Source: Candidatus Thorarchaeota archaeon
Lineage (GTDB): Archaea; Asgardarchaeota; Thorarchaeia; Thorarchaeales; Thorarchaeaceae
Reading direction: 5' to 3'
Assembly (NCBI GenBank): GCA_048884965.1
Contig: JBHLQH010000003.1
Span: 35,304 to 99,303, forward strand
DNA length: 64,000 nucleotides
The notes under the pieces are model-generated. The model saw nothing but the letters and a program-made list of their open reading frames with translations. It searched no databases and was not told the origin of the DNA. Shown here piece after piece: positions 29,555 through 39,229 of the stretch (positions are counted from its first letter, which is position 1; each line of letters starts with the position of its first letter). The translations under genes were made by a program, and so were the position numbers.

Positions 29555-30049
29555 TTGCCAAAGAGTGCTCGTTGTCCGCACTGTGATCGTTCTTATGATC
29601 GACGTGTTCTTGATGCTCACATCTTGAAATGCAGATCGCGGAGAGACGCTCTTAACGACATTCCAGCTCCTTCACATCAAGTAGTGATTGTGGATGGCAA
29701 CAACGTTGCTTACTTCTTAGCTCCTGATGGGCAACCACGAGCAGAGAACCTTGTCAGAGCCATTAGGAGCCTCTCATCATCTGGGTACAAGCCATTTGTT
29801 GTCATCTCGGCAGCTCTTAAGCATAAGATAGACAAGCCTATGATATTGCAGAACCTTGTGACAGAAGGATACGTAATTGAAGCACCCAGAGGAATCGATG
29901 ATGATTTGACAATAATCGAGGAGGCAATGAAGCGAGCCGCAGATATTGTTAGCAATGACAGGTTCCTGAACTGGCTATCGCGATATCCTTGGGTCACCGC
30001 TCGCTTGAGAAGGTACCGTATGACTCAGTCAGGACTTATTCTAACCTAA
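29555..30049 (+). CDS. C2HC zinc finger + NYN/PIN (Zc3h12a/Regnase-like) ribonuclease
   Basis: CPHCDRSYDRRVLDAHILKC; VIVDGNNVAY, DDDLTII, IVSNDRF. Confidence 0.85.
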   Translation: MPKSARCPHCDRSYDRRVLDAHILKCRSRRDALNDIPAPSHQVVIVDGNNVAYFLAPDGQPRAENLVRAIRSLSSSGYKPFVVISAALKHKIDKPMILQNLVTEGYVIEAPRGIDDDLTIIEEAMKRAADIVSNDRFLNWLSRYPWVTARLRRYRMTQSGLILT

Positions 30050-30113
30050 CGCAATGGTTTTAATGATTGAGGAAATGGGCTCCACTGCAACCCACCAAGT
30101 GAGAGTGAAAATC

Positions 30114-31892
30114 ATGAATGCAAAGGAACTAAGAAAGGTGTACTTGGATTTCTTCAAGGCGAAGAAACATGCGGTGATCGCATCGGCGTCATTGATGCCC
30201 GAGAATGATCCTACAGTACTGTTCACATCTGCTGGAATGCACCCTTTAGTTCCATTCTTGCTTGGCGAACCGCATCCTGAAGGTACGCGCCTTGCTAGTT
30301 GTCAGAAATGCATTAGAACGACCGATATAGACGAAGTAGGCGATACAACACATCTCACATTCTTTGAGATGTTGGGCAACTGGAGCTTGAATGACTACTG
30401 GAAGCGAGAAGCTATCATATGGAGCTATGAGTTTTTGACATCCAAGAAATACCTTGGATTTGACCCTAACAAGCTTTCAGTCACCGTCTTTGCAGGAGAT
30501 GAAGATGCGGAACGTGATGAAGAGTCCGCTGAGATGTGGAAGAACGTCGGCATCCCTGAAGAGCGTATCTACTATCTTGGGAAGGAGGACAATTGGTGGG
30601 GTCCTGCAGGGAGTACTGGCCCCTGTGGGCCTGATACTGAGATGTTCATTGAGGTAGATGAGATTCCTCGCTGTGGAACTGACTGTCGACCAGGATGTAG
30701 TTGTGGTCATTTTGTTGAGGTATGGAATGACGTCTTCATGTACTACAACAAGAAGGCAGATGGATCATACGAAAAGATGGACCGAAAAAATATCGATACA
30801 GGCATGGGCGTTGAGAGAACCCTCGCAATGCTTCAAGGAGTACAATCCGTATTTGATACAGATCTGTTTATGCCTTTGATTGATAAAATCAAAGAGAAAT
30901 CCGGGCTCTCTGAACCTGATACACACCAGATGCGCCAGATTCGGATAATATCCGATCATGTCAAGTCTGCGGTGATGATAATGGCGGATGATCGAAAGGT
31001 CGGACCTTCCAATGTCGAAGCGGGATATATCGTTCGTAGACTAATCAGAAAGGCTGTTCATAGTGCTGATATTCTTGGAATTGAGAAAGGTTTCATGAAG
31101 GATTTGGCTGACATCACTATTAAGATGTATAAGGAAGTATACGATGAAGTCATACGAAACAAGGAATTCATCCATCAGAACTTGGAAGAGGAAGAGAATA
31201 AGTTCAGGAAGACGCTCCAGAAGGCATTACGGAAGTTACAGCGAATCCTGGATGAAACCGGTACAATTACTGGAGAGGATGCTTTCCTTCTTTTCACAAG
31301 CTTCGGTTTACCAATTGAGATGACCCGTGAGATTGCCATCGAGAATGGAATCAAGGTTGATATGAAGGAGTTCCAAAGGCAATTTGAAGAACATAGAGAG
31401 ATATCCCGTACCGCAACTCAAGGCAAATTCAAGGGAGGCCTAGCTGATCATAGTGAAGAGATAACAATGCTCCACACTGCCACTCATCTTCTTCAAGCTG
31501 CCCTTCGTAAGATACTTGGTGATGAAGTAACTCAGAATGGAAGCAACATCACAAAAGAACGATTGCGCTTCGATTTCACATTCGACAGGAAGCTCACTCC
31601 CGAAGAAGTCAAGGAAGTAGAGGATCTTGTCAATGGTATCATTCGGGATGATCTAGAGGTCTCAAGAAGATTCATGCCCTATGACGAGGCCATAAATGCT
31701 GGAGCACTTGCTTTCTTCAAGGAGAACTATGGAGAAACCGTATCTGTGTACTCAGTTGGCGATTTCAGTATGGAACTATGCGGAGGTCCGCATGTTGAAA
31801 GGACAGGAATCCTTGGCAGGCTTCGGATTTCCAAGCAGGAAAAGATTGGTGCAGGAATCATGAGGATTCGTGCCATCCTCGAGCAATCATGA
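30114..31892 (+). CDS. alaS: Alanine--tRNA ligase, short form without the C-Ala domain
   Basis: LFTSAGM, HLTFFEMLGNWS, GPCGPDTE, IDTGMGVER; editing motifs HTATH and ELCGGPH. Confidence 0.96.
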   Translation: MNAKELRKVYLDFFKAKKHAVIASASLMPENDPTVLFTSAGMHPLVPFLLGEPHPEGTRLASCQKCIRTTDIDEVGDTTHLTFFEMLGNWSLNDYWKREAIIWSYEFLTSKKYLGFDPNKLSVTVFAGDEDAERDEESAEMWKNVGIPEERIYYLGKEDNWWGPAGSTGPCGPDTEMFIEVDEIPRCGTDCRPGCSCGHFVEVWNDVFMYYNKKADGSYEKMDRKNIDTGMGVERTLAMLQGVQSVFDTDLFMPLIDKIKEKSGLSEPDTHQMRQIRIISDHVKSAVMIMADDRKVGPSNVEAGYIVRRLIRKAVHSADILGIEKGFMKDLADITIKMYKEVYDEVIRNKEFIHQNLEEEENKFRKTLQKALRKLQRILDETGTITGEDAFLLFTSFGLPIEMTREIAIENGIKVDMKEFQRQFEEHREISRTATQGKFKGGLADHSEEITMLHTATHLLQAALRKILGDEVTQNGSNITKERLRFDFTFDRKLTPEEVKEVEDLVNGIIRDDLEVSRRFMPYDEAINAGALAFFKENYGETVSVYSVGDFSMELCGGPHVERTGILGRLRISKQEKIGAGIMRIRAILEQS

Positions 31893-31905
31893 GGGAAATG
31901 CGACA

Positions 31906-32826
31906 TCATTCCATAGTCCAGATGTATCTCTCACCCATATTCTCGAAGCCTACCGACTCATAGAGTCTATTTGCTCCATCTGTAGGAGCTGCTCCTAGTA
32001 TGAGGATTGCAGCTGGTCGATATCTCTGAAGCCGCTTCAGACACTCCAGAATACACGCCTTCGCTAATCCCTTTTTCCTGTAGTTTGGATGAGTCCCAAC
32101 AGGTTCTAGTTCAGCAATCCTACTTACTGGATCAATCCTGCCTGTGCAAAAAGCCGCAAAAACGCCATCAGTGCTTACAGCAACAATATCCAGATCTGGA
32201 TGATAGAATGATGCATTACTGTAAATCTCAAGAATCCTCTTACTCATGCTTTTGATATGGGGAAACACCGCCATCTGAACATCTCTATATTGTGAAAACT
32301 CATCGATTATCTCTGCGTTCCTTATTGTGAATCCCACTAGCTCACCATATCCTAGTACTTCCTTATCAGGAGGTCTCACTTGATCTATGCCTTCAATTTC
32401 GCCTTTCTTGAATCCGAGGCTCTTCAATAATGCAATTCTTCTGGAATCGTCATCTTCAACGACAAGCCGGAGGCTTTTGCTATCATCAGTATCGGGCTTT
32501 GTGTTCTTTATTTGTTCTACTGCCCAGAGAATGATGTGTTTCTCATAGTCTAGGAATTCAGGGTGGATATTTATCCAGCACATGCCCGATGGTTTTAGGA
32601 TCGAAACAGCTATTATTCTCGAATCCTGATCCTTTCCGTTTCTAGAAATCTCCCAAATCTTGATGTATTCATCATCCTTGTCCTGATACTCCAATCCGCC
32701 TGGCCCAAACTTGAGATTCTCAAACATCGAGGGAATCCAGTTTCGATACAGAGGTCCTGCATTCCATATCTCGATGAGGAACTCTCTAACAGTTTCAAAG
32801 TCCTCATTCCAGTGATAATCACGCAT
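31906..32826 (-). CDS. GNAT family acetyltransferase
   Basis: EPVGTHPNYRKKGLAK, ANRLYESVGF. Confidence 0.88.
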   Translation of the reverse strand: MRDYHWNEDFETVREFLIEIWNAGPLYRNWIPSMFENLKFGPGGLEYQDKDDEYIKIWEISRNGKDQDSRIIAVSILKPSGMCWINIHPEFLDYEKHIILWAVEQIKNTKPDTDDSKSLRLVVEDDDSRRIALLKSLGFKKGEIEGIDQVRPPDKEVLGYGELVGFTIRNAEIIDEFSQYRDVQMAVFPHIKSMSKRILEIYSNASFYHPDLDIVAVSTDGVFAAFCTGRIDPVSRIAELEPVGTHPNYRKKGLAKACILECLKRLQRYRPAAILILGAAPTDGANRLYESVGFENMGERYIWTME

Positions 32827-32937
32827 TACTATTGACACAATTGTTCGCCGCACAATGCTTTCATTTCGATAAAACAGTACTGAATAGAGCCTCTCCCCAA
32901 ATGTAATACTTTATATTGACTCACGTAATACTATTAC

Positions 32938-33942
32938 ATGATACAAATGTCTGCAATAAATGGAGCGGCGCATCTACACGCCCTCGCAGATGAGTTTCTA
33001 ATGAATGGAGTATTCAGTCTGGAACGCCCTATAGAGTATGGCAGTTTTTCTTTCGTGCCAATTACCAAAATGCAGTCCCCTGAGGCTGAGATGGACTACA
33101 TCAATGCTGCTGAGGCATTAGAGACCGGAGATTTAGTCATTCTTGAAGGAGGCGATCAAGTAGAAACCCTCATCGCACAGAATAAAGGAACGCAATCAGT
33201 TCTCATTGAAGCTTCTGAGGTCCTCCTTGGAGATGGCAGTCAGGACAGAATCGTTCTCCAAAGCACTATCCTACAACCAGGAGAGGAACGAAGAATTCCG
33301 GTCAAGTGCGTGCATGCACCTCATCCTTTGAGAAGAGGAACTGTGTATAGATCAGTCGGTGCGTCTGGCAAGGACCTTCGAAAGTCAATACATCTGATGA
33401 AGTATCAGAGCATCATGACCGACATTGAACACTATGTTCCAGAAGCCGCAGTTGACCAAGGCGAGGTGTGGGGTGAAGTCAGCGGCTATGCTTCAGGTGC
33501 TGGAGCTAAAGATCCAACCAAGTATACGGAAGCTCTGGAGAAGAAGCAGAAAGAAGTGACCAAGGCTGCTGACCAGATTCGGAACCAGCTGCCCGAACAT
33601 ACCTGTGGATTGATAGTAATCAAGCGGGAAAGTGGAATACAAGCATTCGAACTATACCGATCTTCGAAGGCTTTTCAGAAGCGCGCAGGATTCATTGAAT
33701 CACTTCTCATGGACGATATTGTTACAGATGCTTGGCCACTTGAAGGTGAGGCTGCCTGGGCAACTGCAATTCAACTCATCTATCGCCTAAGAGAGGTGAC
33801 TGAAAAGGAAGTCATAGTCAAGGAAGGTTCGAGCAATCTTCACATCGGCGTTGACGAACTTGTAGGAGAGGCCATTGTCGCACAGAACCTAGAAGTTCCT
33901 GATCAAAGTATCCTCTATTGCACGCTCTCTCCATCCTCCTGA
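32938..33942 (+). CDS. ARPP-1 (DUF6569-like) domain protein
   Basis: EALETGDLVILE..VETL..NKG..VLI...EVLLG..QDR...IPVKCV, DQGEVW. Confidence 0.7.
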   Translation: MIQMSAINGAAHLHALADEFLMNGVFSLERPIEYGSFSFVPITKMQSPEAEMDYINAAEALETGDLVILEGGDQVETLIAQNKGTQSVLIEASEVLLGDGSQDRIVLQSTILQPGEERRIPVKCVHAPHPLRRGTVYRSVGASGKDLRKSIHLMKYQSIMTDIEHYVPEAAVDQGEVWGEVSGYASGAGAKDPTKYTEALEKKQKEVTKAADQIRNQLPEHTCGLIVIKRESGIQAFELYRSSKAFQKRAGFIESLLMDDIVTDAWPLEGEAAWATAIQLIYRLREVTEKEVIVKEGSSNLHIGVDELVGEAIVAQNLEVPDQSILYCTLSPSS

Positions 33943-33966
33943 AACTCACACGAGACTGGACCGCAC

Positions 33967-34033
33967 GACGCTGAGGAGTCGACCATCCACGCCTAATCCA
34001 ATTCATGAGGCTCCCCAGCGTCAACCTATTTTT
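33967..34033 (+). terminator. Long stem-loop plus T tract
   Basis: GACGCTGAGGAGTC/GGCTCCCCAGCGTC with a 28-nt loop, then ctattttt. Confidence 0.4.
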
Positions 34034-34095
34034 GACCGTAGCCTTTTTACCTAGATTATCGTGATATTGTATATCCGGTCTAGGAAGAATTAACC

Positions 34096-34755
34096 ATGGC
34101 ATTCTCTCGTATTTTTGGCACTGGAGATAAAGACCTGCAAAAGAAGGCTGATGAGCTTCTGCTAGAACTCAGTAAGGGCATGCAATCAGTAAGTGCCAAA
34201 TTATGCGTTGCCTCGAAGGTTTGGGAAGAAGGCAATATTGATGTCCTAAAGGAACTCGAGTATGAAATAATAACTCTAGAACGAGAGATGGATGTAATCA
34301 AAGAAGATATCGTCGAGAACATTCTAACTAAGTCTGCTTTTCTTCCTCAAGCGGCTTTGGAGCGACATACTATTGTCAAAGCGCTAGATGATGTAATTGA
34401 TGCCGCAGAAAATGCAATTCGTGTCATGGTGATGGGCAAGCGTATGAAACCCCCGTCAGAGATACGTGAAATTGGGAAACAGCTTTGGATATGCACCGAT
34501 CTGCTTCAGGACAGTATCAAGTATCTTTACACCGACTTTACAAATGCTATCGACATTACCAGAAAACTCGACAAAGAGCGAGAAAAAGCGCGTGACATCC
34601 AATTTGAGCTGATGGGCAAGCTATTCACAAATCCTGATTTCAGGCACAATGAGATTGTATTCTTTCAAACCGTTTCTGAGCGGATGGTCAAGGTTGCCCA
34701 ACAAGCTGAGGATGCTGGAGATTACATTAGAGAGCTAGCAGTCAGGTACAGCTAA
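34096..34755 (+). CDS. DUF47 / PhoU-like phosphate transport regulator
   Basis: LEREMDVIKEDI, LDDVIDAAE, AEDAGD; next to the PiT gene. Confidence 0.88.
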   Translation: MAFSRIFGTGDKDLQKKADELLLELSKGMQSVSAKLCVASKVWEEGNIDVLKELEYEIITLEREMDVIKEDIVENILTKSAFLPQAALERHTIVKALDDVIDAAENAIRVMVMGKRMKPPSEIREIGKQLWICTDLLQDSIKYLYTDFTNAIDITRKLDKEREKARDIQFELMGKLFTNPDFRHNEIVFFQTVSERMVKVAQQAEDAGDYIRELAVRYS

Positions 34756-34771
34756 ATCCGAGGGTTGTGTA

Positions 34772-35800
34772 TTGGATCTGCTCTTGCTACTTGCATTGCT
34801 CGTCATTTGCTTTATCGTGGCATTTGCCATTGGCAGCAACGATGAAACGATGAGCCCGGCTGTTGGTTCAAGGGTTTTTTCTATTCGAACTGCAGTATTA
34901 GCAGGTGGCTTGATCAACATCATTGGAGCAATATCACTTGGAGGAGGAGTATCTGAAAAAGTAGGCTCCGATCTTGTTGGCGGTGCGTCATTGACCACGA
35001 GTATGATTTTTGCGATTCTCATCGCAATGGCTATCTGGCTCCTACTTGCTTCAGCCACAAAGGGATTGCCCATAAGTACAACACAGTGTATCGTTGGCTC
35101 AGTTATCGGAGTCGCAATCGGTGCTCCCTTGATCGGCATTGTTGGATGGGGAGTAGAGAGTGTCGATTGGTATGTAGTGTTTGAAATCTTCATTGGATGG
35201 GTGATATCTCCAGTGATTGGATTCTTCATTGCAGGAGTTGTCTTCGCTGGTGTCAGAAAGCTTCAGAAAAGGGCACCTGGTCTATCAGCTCGAGAGCGTC
35301 AAGAGCGTCTAGCTGCTTATGGACTCGCAATATTCTTGATATTTACCGGGTTGAGTAGAGGCGGAAATGATGTCGCAAATGCGGTGTCTCCCCTTATCGC
35401 TATGGAAGACTTTCAGGGCACAATAGACTTGGGAGGCATTGTTTTTGGAGCTTTTGTAATCCCACTTCTTGTGGGGGGTCTAGGCATGGCAATCGGATTG
35501 GCAGTAGTCGGCCGCAAAGTAATACAGACTCTTTCGATGGAAGTAGTTACTTTATCCCCCTCTTCCGCATTATCTGCAAGTATCTCTGTTTCTCTGGTGA
35601 TGTTTGTTGGCACCTTCTTTGGTCTACCACTCAGCGGAACCCACGTTCTTGTTGCCGCATTAATTGCAGTGGGTTTTGTATCTCAAGAACCAGTTCAAAA
35701 GAAACAAGTGAGACAGATCCTAATCTCGTGGATTATCACCGTGCCAATTTCTGCAATTCTTGGCTTCTTCGTCCTCGCCCTTACGAACTTAGTTCTCTAG
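34772..35800 (+). CDS. PiT family inorganic phosphate transporter
   Basis: GSND, GLPISTTQ, GGNDVANA, GLPLSGTH. Confidence 0.92.
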   Translation: MDLLLLLALLVICFIVAFAIGSNDETMSPAVGSRVFSIRTAVLAGGLINIIGAISLGGGVSEKVGSDLVGGASLTTSMIFAILIAMAIWLLLASATKGLPISTTQCIVGSVIGVAIGAPLIGIVGWGVESVDWYVVFEIFIGWVISPVIGFFIAGVVFAGVRKLQKRAPGLSARERQERLAAYGLAIFLIFTGLSRGGNDVANAVSPLIAMEDFQGTIDLGGIVFGAFVIPLLVGGLGMAIGLAVVGRKVIQTLSMEVVTLSPSSALSASISVSLVMFVGTFFGLPLSGTHVLVAALIAVGFVSQEPVQKKQVRQILISWIITVPISAILGFFVLALTNLVL

Positions 35801-35802
35801 AT

Positions 35803-36558
35803 TCATTTGGTGAAAACATCCCTTCCAGCGTCAGGCTTTCTATGAATCAATAGAAATTCCTTGGCTTTTCTTCCTAGTTCTCGAGCTTCAAGTTCAATCA
35901 AATGTACTTTCCTTTTTGGGTCTGGATGCTGTTCATATGTCGCCTCAATGATCGCTAAATCTGCGTCTGTCGCTAGATCCGCGAGGCCTTGACACATCCT
36001 GCTATCTCCCGTAAATGACACTATGGTCCCACCGATGTTGACCCTGTATCCATGAGCTGGCATCAGGATGTCCATATTGGTATTGTTCTCCATTCCGTAA
36101 TGCTCGACCCCAATCGATTTAATCTTGAAGAAATCAGTATCAAAGCCTGACCCGTGTTGAAGTTCGAAGACATTGATCTGGAACGGTAGGGTTTCGTAAT
36201 AGCACCCCTTGAAAGCTTTTACGATCTGTGTGACCTCTGTGCACCCTCTCGGTGCGAGAATATTCAATGGCTCTTTTCTTCCCAACATCCTAAGGAATCC
36301 GAGTAACGTCCAGAGACCACCTACATGGTCAAAGTGTCCATGTGTGATTGCAATCAAATCGATCTCATTGACGAATTCAAGATCCCCACTAGAAAGAAGG
36401 TCTCTCACAGCACCATCTCCAACATCCAATAGGAGCATGCGCCCTGTGAATTTTGACGTTAGAATTATAGTAGTACCCACACCCGCCGCACTGTAGGGTA
36501 TTGATACCCGCACCTCATCATTTTCCCAGTGCGAAACATGCCTTGCTGGCGACATCAT
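35803..36558 (-). CDS. MBL-fold metallohydrolase (RNase Z-like)
   Basis: LLDVGDG, THGHFDHVGG, FTGDS, IEATY. Confidence 0.85.
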   Translation of the reverse strand: MMSPARHVSHWENDEVRVSIPYSAAGVGTTIILTSKFTGRMLLLDVGDGAVRDLLSSGDLEFVNEIDLIAITHGHFDHVGGLWTLLGFLRMLGRKEPLNILAPRGCTEVTQIVKAFKGCYYETLPFQINVFELQHGSGFDTDFFKIKSIGVEHYGMENNTNMDILMPAHGYRVNIGGTIVSFTGDSRMCQGLADLATDADLAIIEATYEQHPDPKRKVHLIELEARELGRKAKEFLLIHRKPDAGRDVFTK

Positions 36559-36661
36559 ATTGTTTTGTTTCCTCCTGAATGTCCATCTTCTACTCTTGAG
36601 GAGATAGGTCAAAAAGGTGTCGATGATTCAGACATTTAGGATAAGCTTGTACGAACCAGTC

Positions 36662-36700
36662 AAAAAGAAGGAGGATGATGCGAGAACACCGTCCCGCATC
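36662..36700 (-). terminator. Hairpin plus T tract
   Basis: GATGCG/CGCATC stem, then CCTTCTTTTT on the minus strand. Confidence 0.4.
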
Positions 36701-36710
36701 AAACAGGGTA

Positions 36711-37826
36711 TCAATCGTACCCAAGTTTTGGCACTCGTGCTAGCCATGCCATGAAGTAGCCCACGACCACTGAAATGACAAGACCCGCAATCACAGAAAA
36801 GACAACCGTCAGCATATCAGGCGTTACGCTGTAGAACAGCTGCATGATGCTCCAATAAGTGAATGCAAGGGACATTCCTGAGAACGCCACCTTCTTCAAT
36901 GGTGTCTTTACACTTCTCGTCTGGAACACTCCCATCTCTGTCATGGCTGCTGCTAGAGTTCCGCCTTGATCCCGCTTTATGTGAAGTGCCTTCGACAGTT
37001 TACCTACAGGTACCTTTGATTTTGGACGTACGACATCCATCGCCTTTGGAGCATATTTTGATACGCTGTCTGCTCCTGGTATCGCCTGTGCAACGCGATT
37101 GATCAGCTCATCTTTGGAAATCTTCTCTCCCTTCTTGGGATGCCTTCTTAGCACAACTGGCGCTGGGAAGACCCCGATCTCTTTAGCTGTCTTGCCCTTT
37201 CGCATCTTATGCGCTGCTAGGATACCTTTCTGGAATTCATCAAGAGAGAGTAGGAGACTGAATACTGCCATTACTGCAAAACCAACGGTGATCATACCAG
37301 TGATAGACCCCAAAGCTGCGACACCCGATGCGCCAATCGCTAGAACGAAGTTCTCAGAAACAGTGACGTTCTCGGTCGATCCAAACAATGTGTAGGTGAA
37401 CGCAAACACTCCTTCTATCGTCCCAGAGATTAGATCGATTCCTCCTGGTATCAAAGAGCCAAGGTCAAGTGATGAATTGAGGATTGTTGCAGACATTCCT
37501 TCAAGGGCAGGAATGTTAAGGTCAAATGGTTGTGTGAATATTGGTATTCCCAAGTATAACATTGAAAATGACCCCGATTTCAGAGTGAGATTGGCTCCAA
37601 CATCAATAGTGATCTCAAGATCGATTGGATCTGAAAGATTCACAGGTATTGGATTTCCAGAATCTGAATCCGCTGCAGAGATATCGTTTACTTCAAGTAG
37701 GAACGCGAGGTTCTCATCTCCACTCCAGCCTGGTGGCTGTGCTTGCGCCGGCATCAACAGGAAGGCACCAACCAAGCATACCAAGATGGATGCTGTTGCT
37801 AGGTGACGCATCATACGGACCATCAT
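36711..37826 (-). CDS. Membrane protein: signal peptide, beta-rich ectodomain, TM, basic wHTH-like loop, two TM
   Basis: Hydropathy pattern; VPVGKLSKALHIKRDQGGTLAAAMTEMGVF. Confidence 0.7.
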   Translation of the reverse strand: MMVRMMRHLATASILVCLVGAFLLMPAQAQPPGWSGDENLAFLLEVNDISAADSDSGNPIPVNLSDPIDLEITIDVGANLTLKSGSFSMLYLGIPIFTQPFDLNIPALEGMSATILNSSLDLGSLIPGGIDLISGTIEGVFAFTYTLFGSTENVTVSENFVLAIGASGVAALGSITGMITVGFAVMAVFSLLLSLDEFQKGILAAHKMRKGKTAKEIGVFPAPVVLRRHPKKGEKISKDELINRVAQAIPGADSVSKYAPKAMDVVRPKSKVPVGKLSKALHIKRDQGGTLAAAMTEMGVFQTRSVKTPLKKVAFSGMSLAFTYWSIMQLFYSVTPDMLTVVFSVIAGLVISVVVGYFMAWLARVPKLGYD

Positions 37827-37906
37827 ATCTTCTCCATTCTATTATGATATTACCGTTTGAGAATACAAAAAGGGACTTTAATCTTGGGGTGATGCTGTCA
37901 TCAAAG

Positions 37907-38272
37907 CTAGGAAGAATCTCCAAGGGCTTTCTCAATCTCTCTATCGAACTCATCATCATCATCGGGGTGGAAGTACACATATCTCTTTGATTGTTTCATT
38001 GGTGGAGGTGCCCAATTTAGTGATTCACCAAAAAGCGTAGCCGTTAGGCATGCTATCACAGAGAGGAGCATTTCCGAGCTTCCGGTTGATAGCACCATTT
38101 CAAGCGTAATGCTAATGATGATTCCTCCAATAAACCCACAGATTGCCCCAAGGAGGACCCTGTCTACAGGCTTCAAGGCTTTTTGTCCTCCGAGAGCATA
38201 TCCCATAAGCATCCCTATGCCAATTGCTGTTATGACAACAATGAGAACAGAGAGATCAAAGAACGCTTGCAG
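37907..38272 (-). CDS. Small multi-pass membrane protein with acidic tail (probable CTG start)
   Basis: ORF 37907-38212 extends in frame through a hydrophobic segment to CTG at 38272, 6 nt after GGAGGCG. Confidence 0.6.
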   Translation of the reverse strand: MQAFFDLSVLIVVITAIGIGMLMGYALGGQKALKPVDRVLLGAICGFIGGIIISITLEMVLSTGSSEMLLSVIACLTATLFGESLNWAPPPMKQSKRYVYFHPDDDDEFDREIEKALGDSS

Positions 38273-38335
38273 TGGTGTCGCCTCCCCATCTATAGATATG
38301 CATAATTAGTTCACATAATCCTTTGCATGGAGTGG

Positions 38336-38884
38336 TTACCATCTATCATAGTGGACAATCTCTTCGAAGGCTTTCCTTTTCCGAGGGGCTTCTTCTCTCC
38401 CCTGATTCCTCTCATCAAGGACGCTGACATCGCCCTTGTATCCAATGAAGATAACAGTCCCAATTCTATAGTCCTTGGGAATGCCAAGCGTTTCCTTCAG
38501 CATTTTTTCATCCCATCCCGCTGTCGGATGTGCTATCAGTCCAAGATGAAAAGACTGTAGGAGGATATTCTGTGTTGCAAGACCAACATCCATCATCCAA
38601 TATGGTAGATTGTGTGCTCCGCAACCTCCACCTTCTTTAGTGACCACAACGAGCATGATTGGTGCGCGCTTACCCCAGTAGTTACCCCCACTCACAGCTT
38701 CGTGCGCTTCTTCAAGCGCTTCCTTGTCTCTTATCGCAATGAAGCTCCATTCCTGCGTATTTGCACATGATGGTGCCAGTCTTCCTGCTTCAAGTATCGA
38801 TTCCAGCATCTCATCTGATATTGGCTTGCTGTCAAAAGCACGTTGACTTGTCTTTTCATGAATCTCCTTGAGTACATCTACCAT
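38336..38884 (-). CDS. Nitroreductase family protein
   Basis: SQRAF, EAGRLAPSCANTQEW, DVGLATQNILL. Confidence 0.92.
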   Translation of the reverse strand: MVDVLKEIHEKTSQRAFDSKPISDEMLESILEAGRLAPSCANTQEWSFIAIRDKEALEEAHEAVSGGNYWGKRAPIMLVVVTKEGGGCGAHNLPYWMMDVGLATQNILLQSFHLGLIAHPTAGWDEKMLKETLGIPKDYRIGTVIFIGYKGDVSVLDERNQGREEAPRKRKAFEEIVHYDRW

Positions 38885-38941
38885 TGTAATTCCCTACACT
38901 AGTTGAAATCCTGTGAAGGATTTCATTTCTAGTTTTCTAAT

Positions 38942-39109
38942 CTATGGTTTTACTTCCATATAGGTGCCGCAATGCTTGGGAAGGTCCTGCACACCACATG
39001 CTGGTCCCATCCAACAAACGAGTTGTTCTCCTTCTCGATGCATTTCCCGTCCACAATGAACAGGGACACTTGTTTCTTCTCCACACATTGGACATACTAG
39101 CTTAGACAT
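38942..39109 (-). CDS. Small double metal-binding protein (CxxC...HCG repeats)
   Basis: CPMCG..VPVHCGREM...CWMGPAC..LPKHCGTYM; GGTGA RBS. Confidence 0.75.
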   Translation of the reverse strand: MSKLVCPMCGEETSVPVHCGREMHREGEQLVCWMGPACGVQDLPKHCGTYMEVKP

Positions 39110-39229
39110 GATACGATTCACCTTTATATTCGAAGAGTATGAATTAACAATATTTAACCTTGTTGTATGGGCATAGAATCTGCAAAGCAAAAGAGAGAAA
39201 ACCCTTAGGATAACGTATAGTGAATTACA

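Noticed and set aside
33967-34022. SECIS element (ATGA...GA within a stem)
   Set aside because: No upper helix forms, and I found no gene with an in-frame TGA nearby; msrA has Cys
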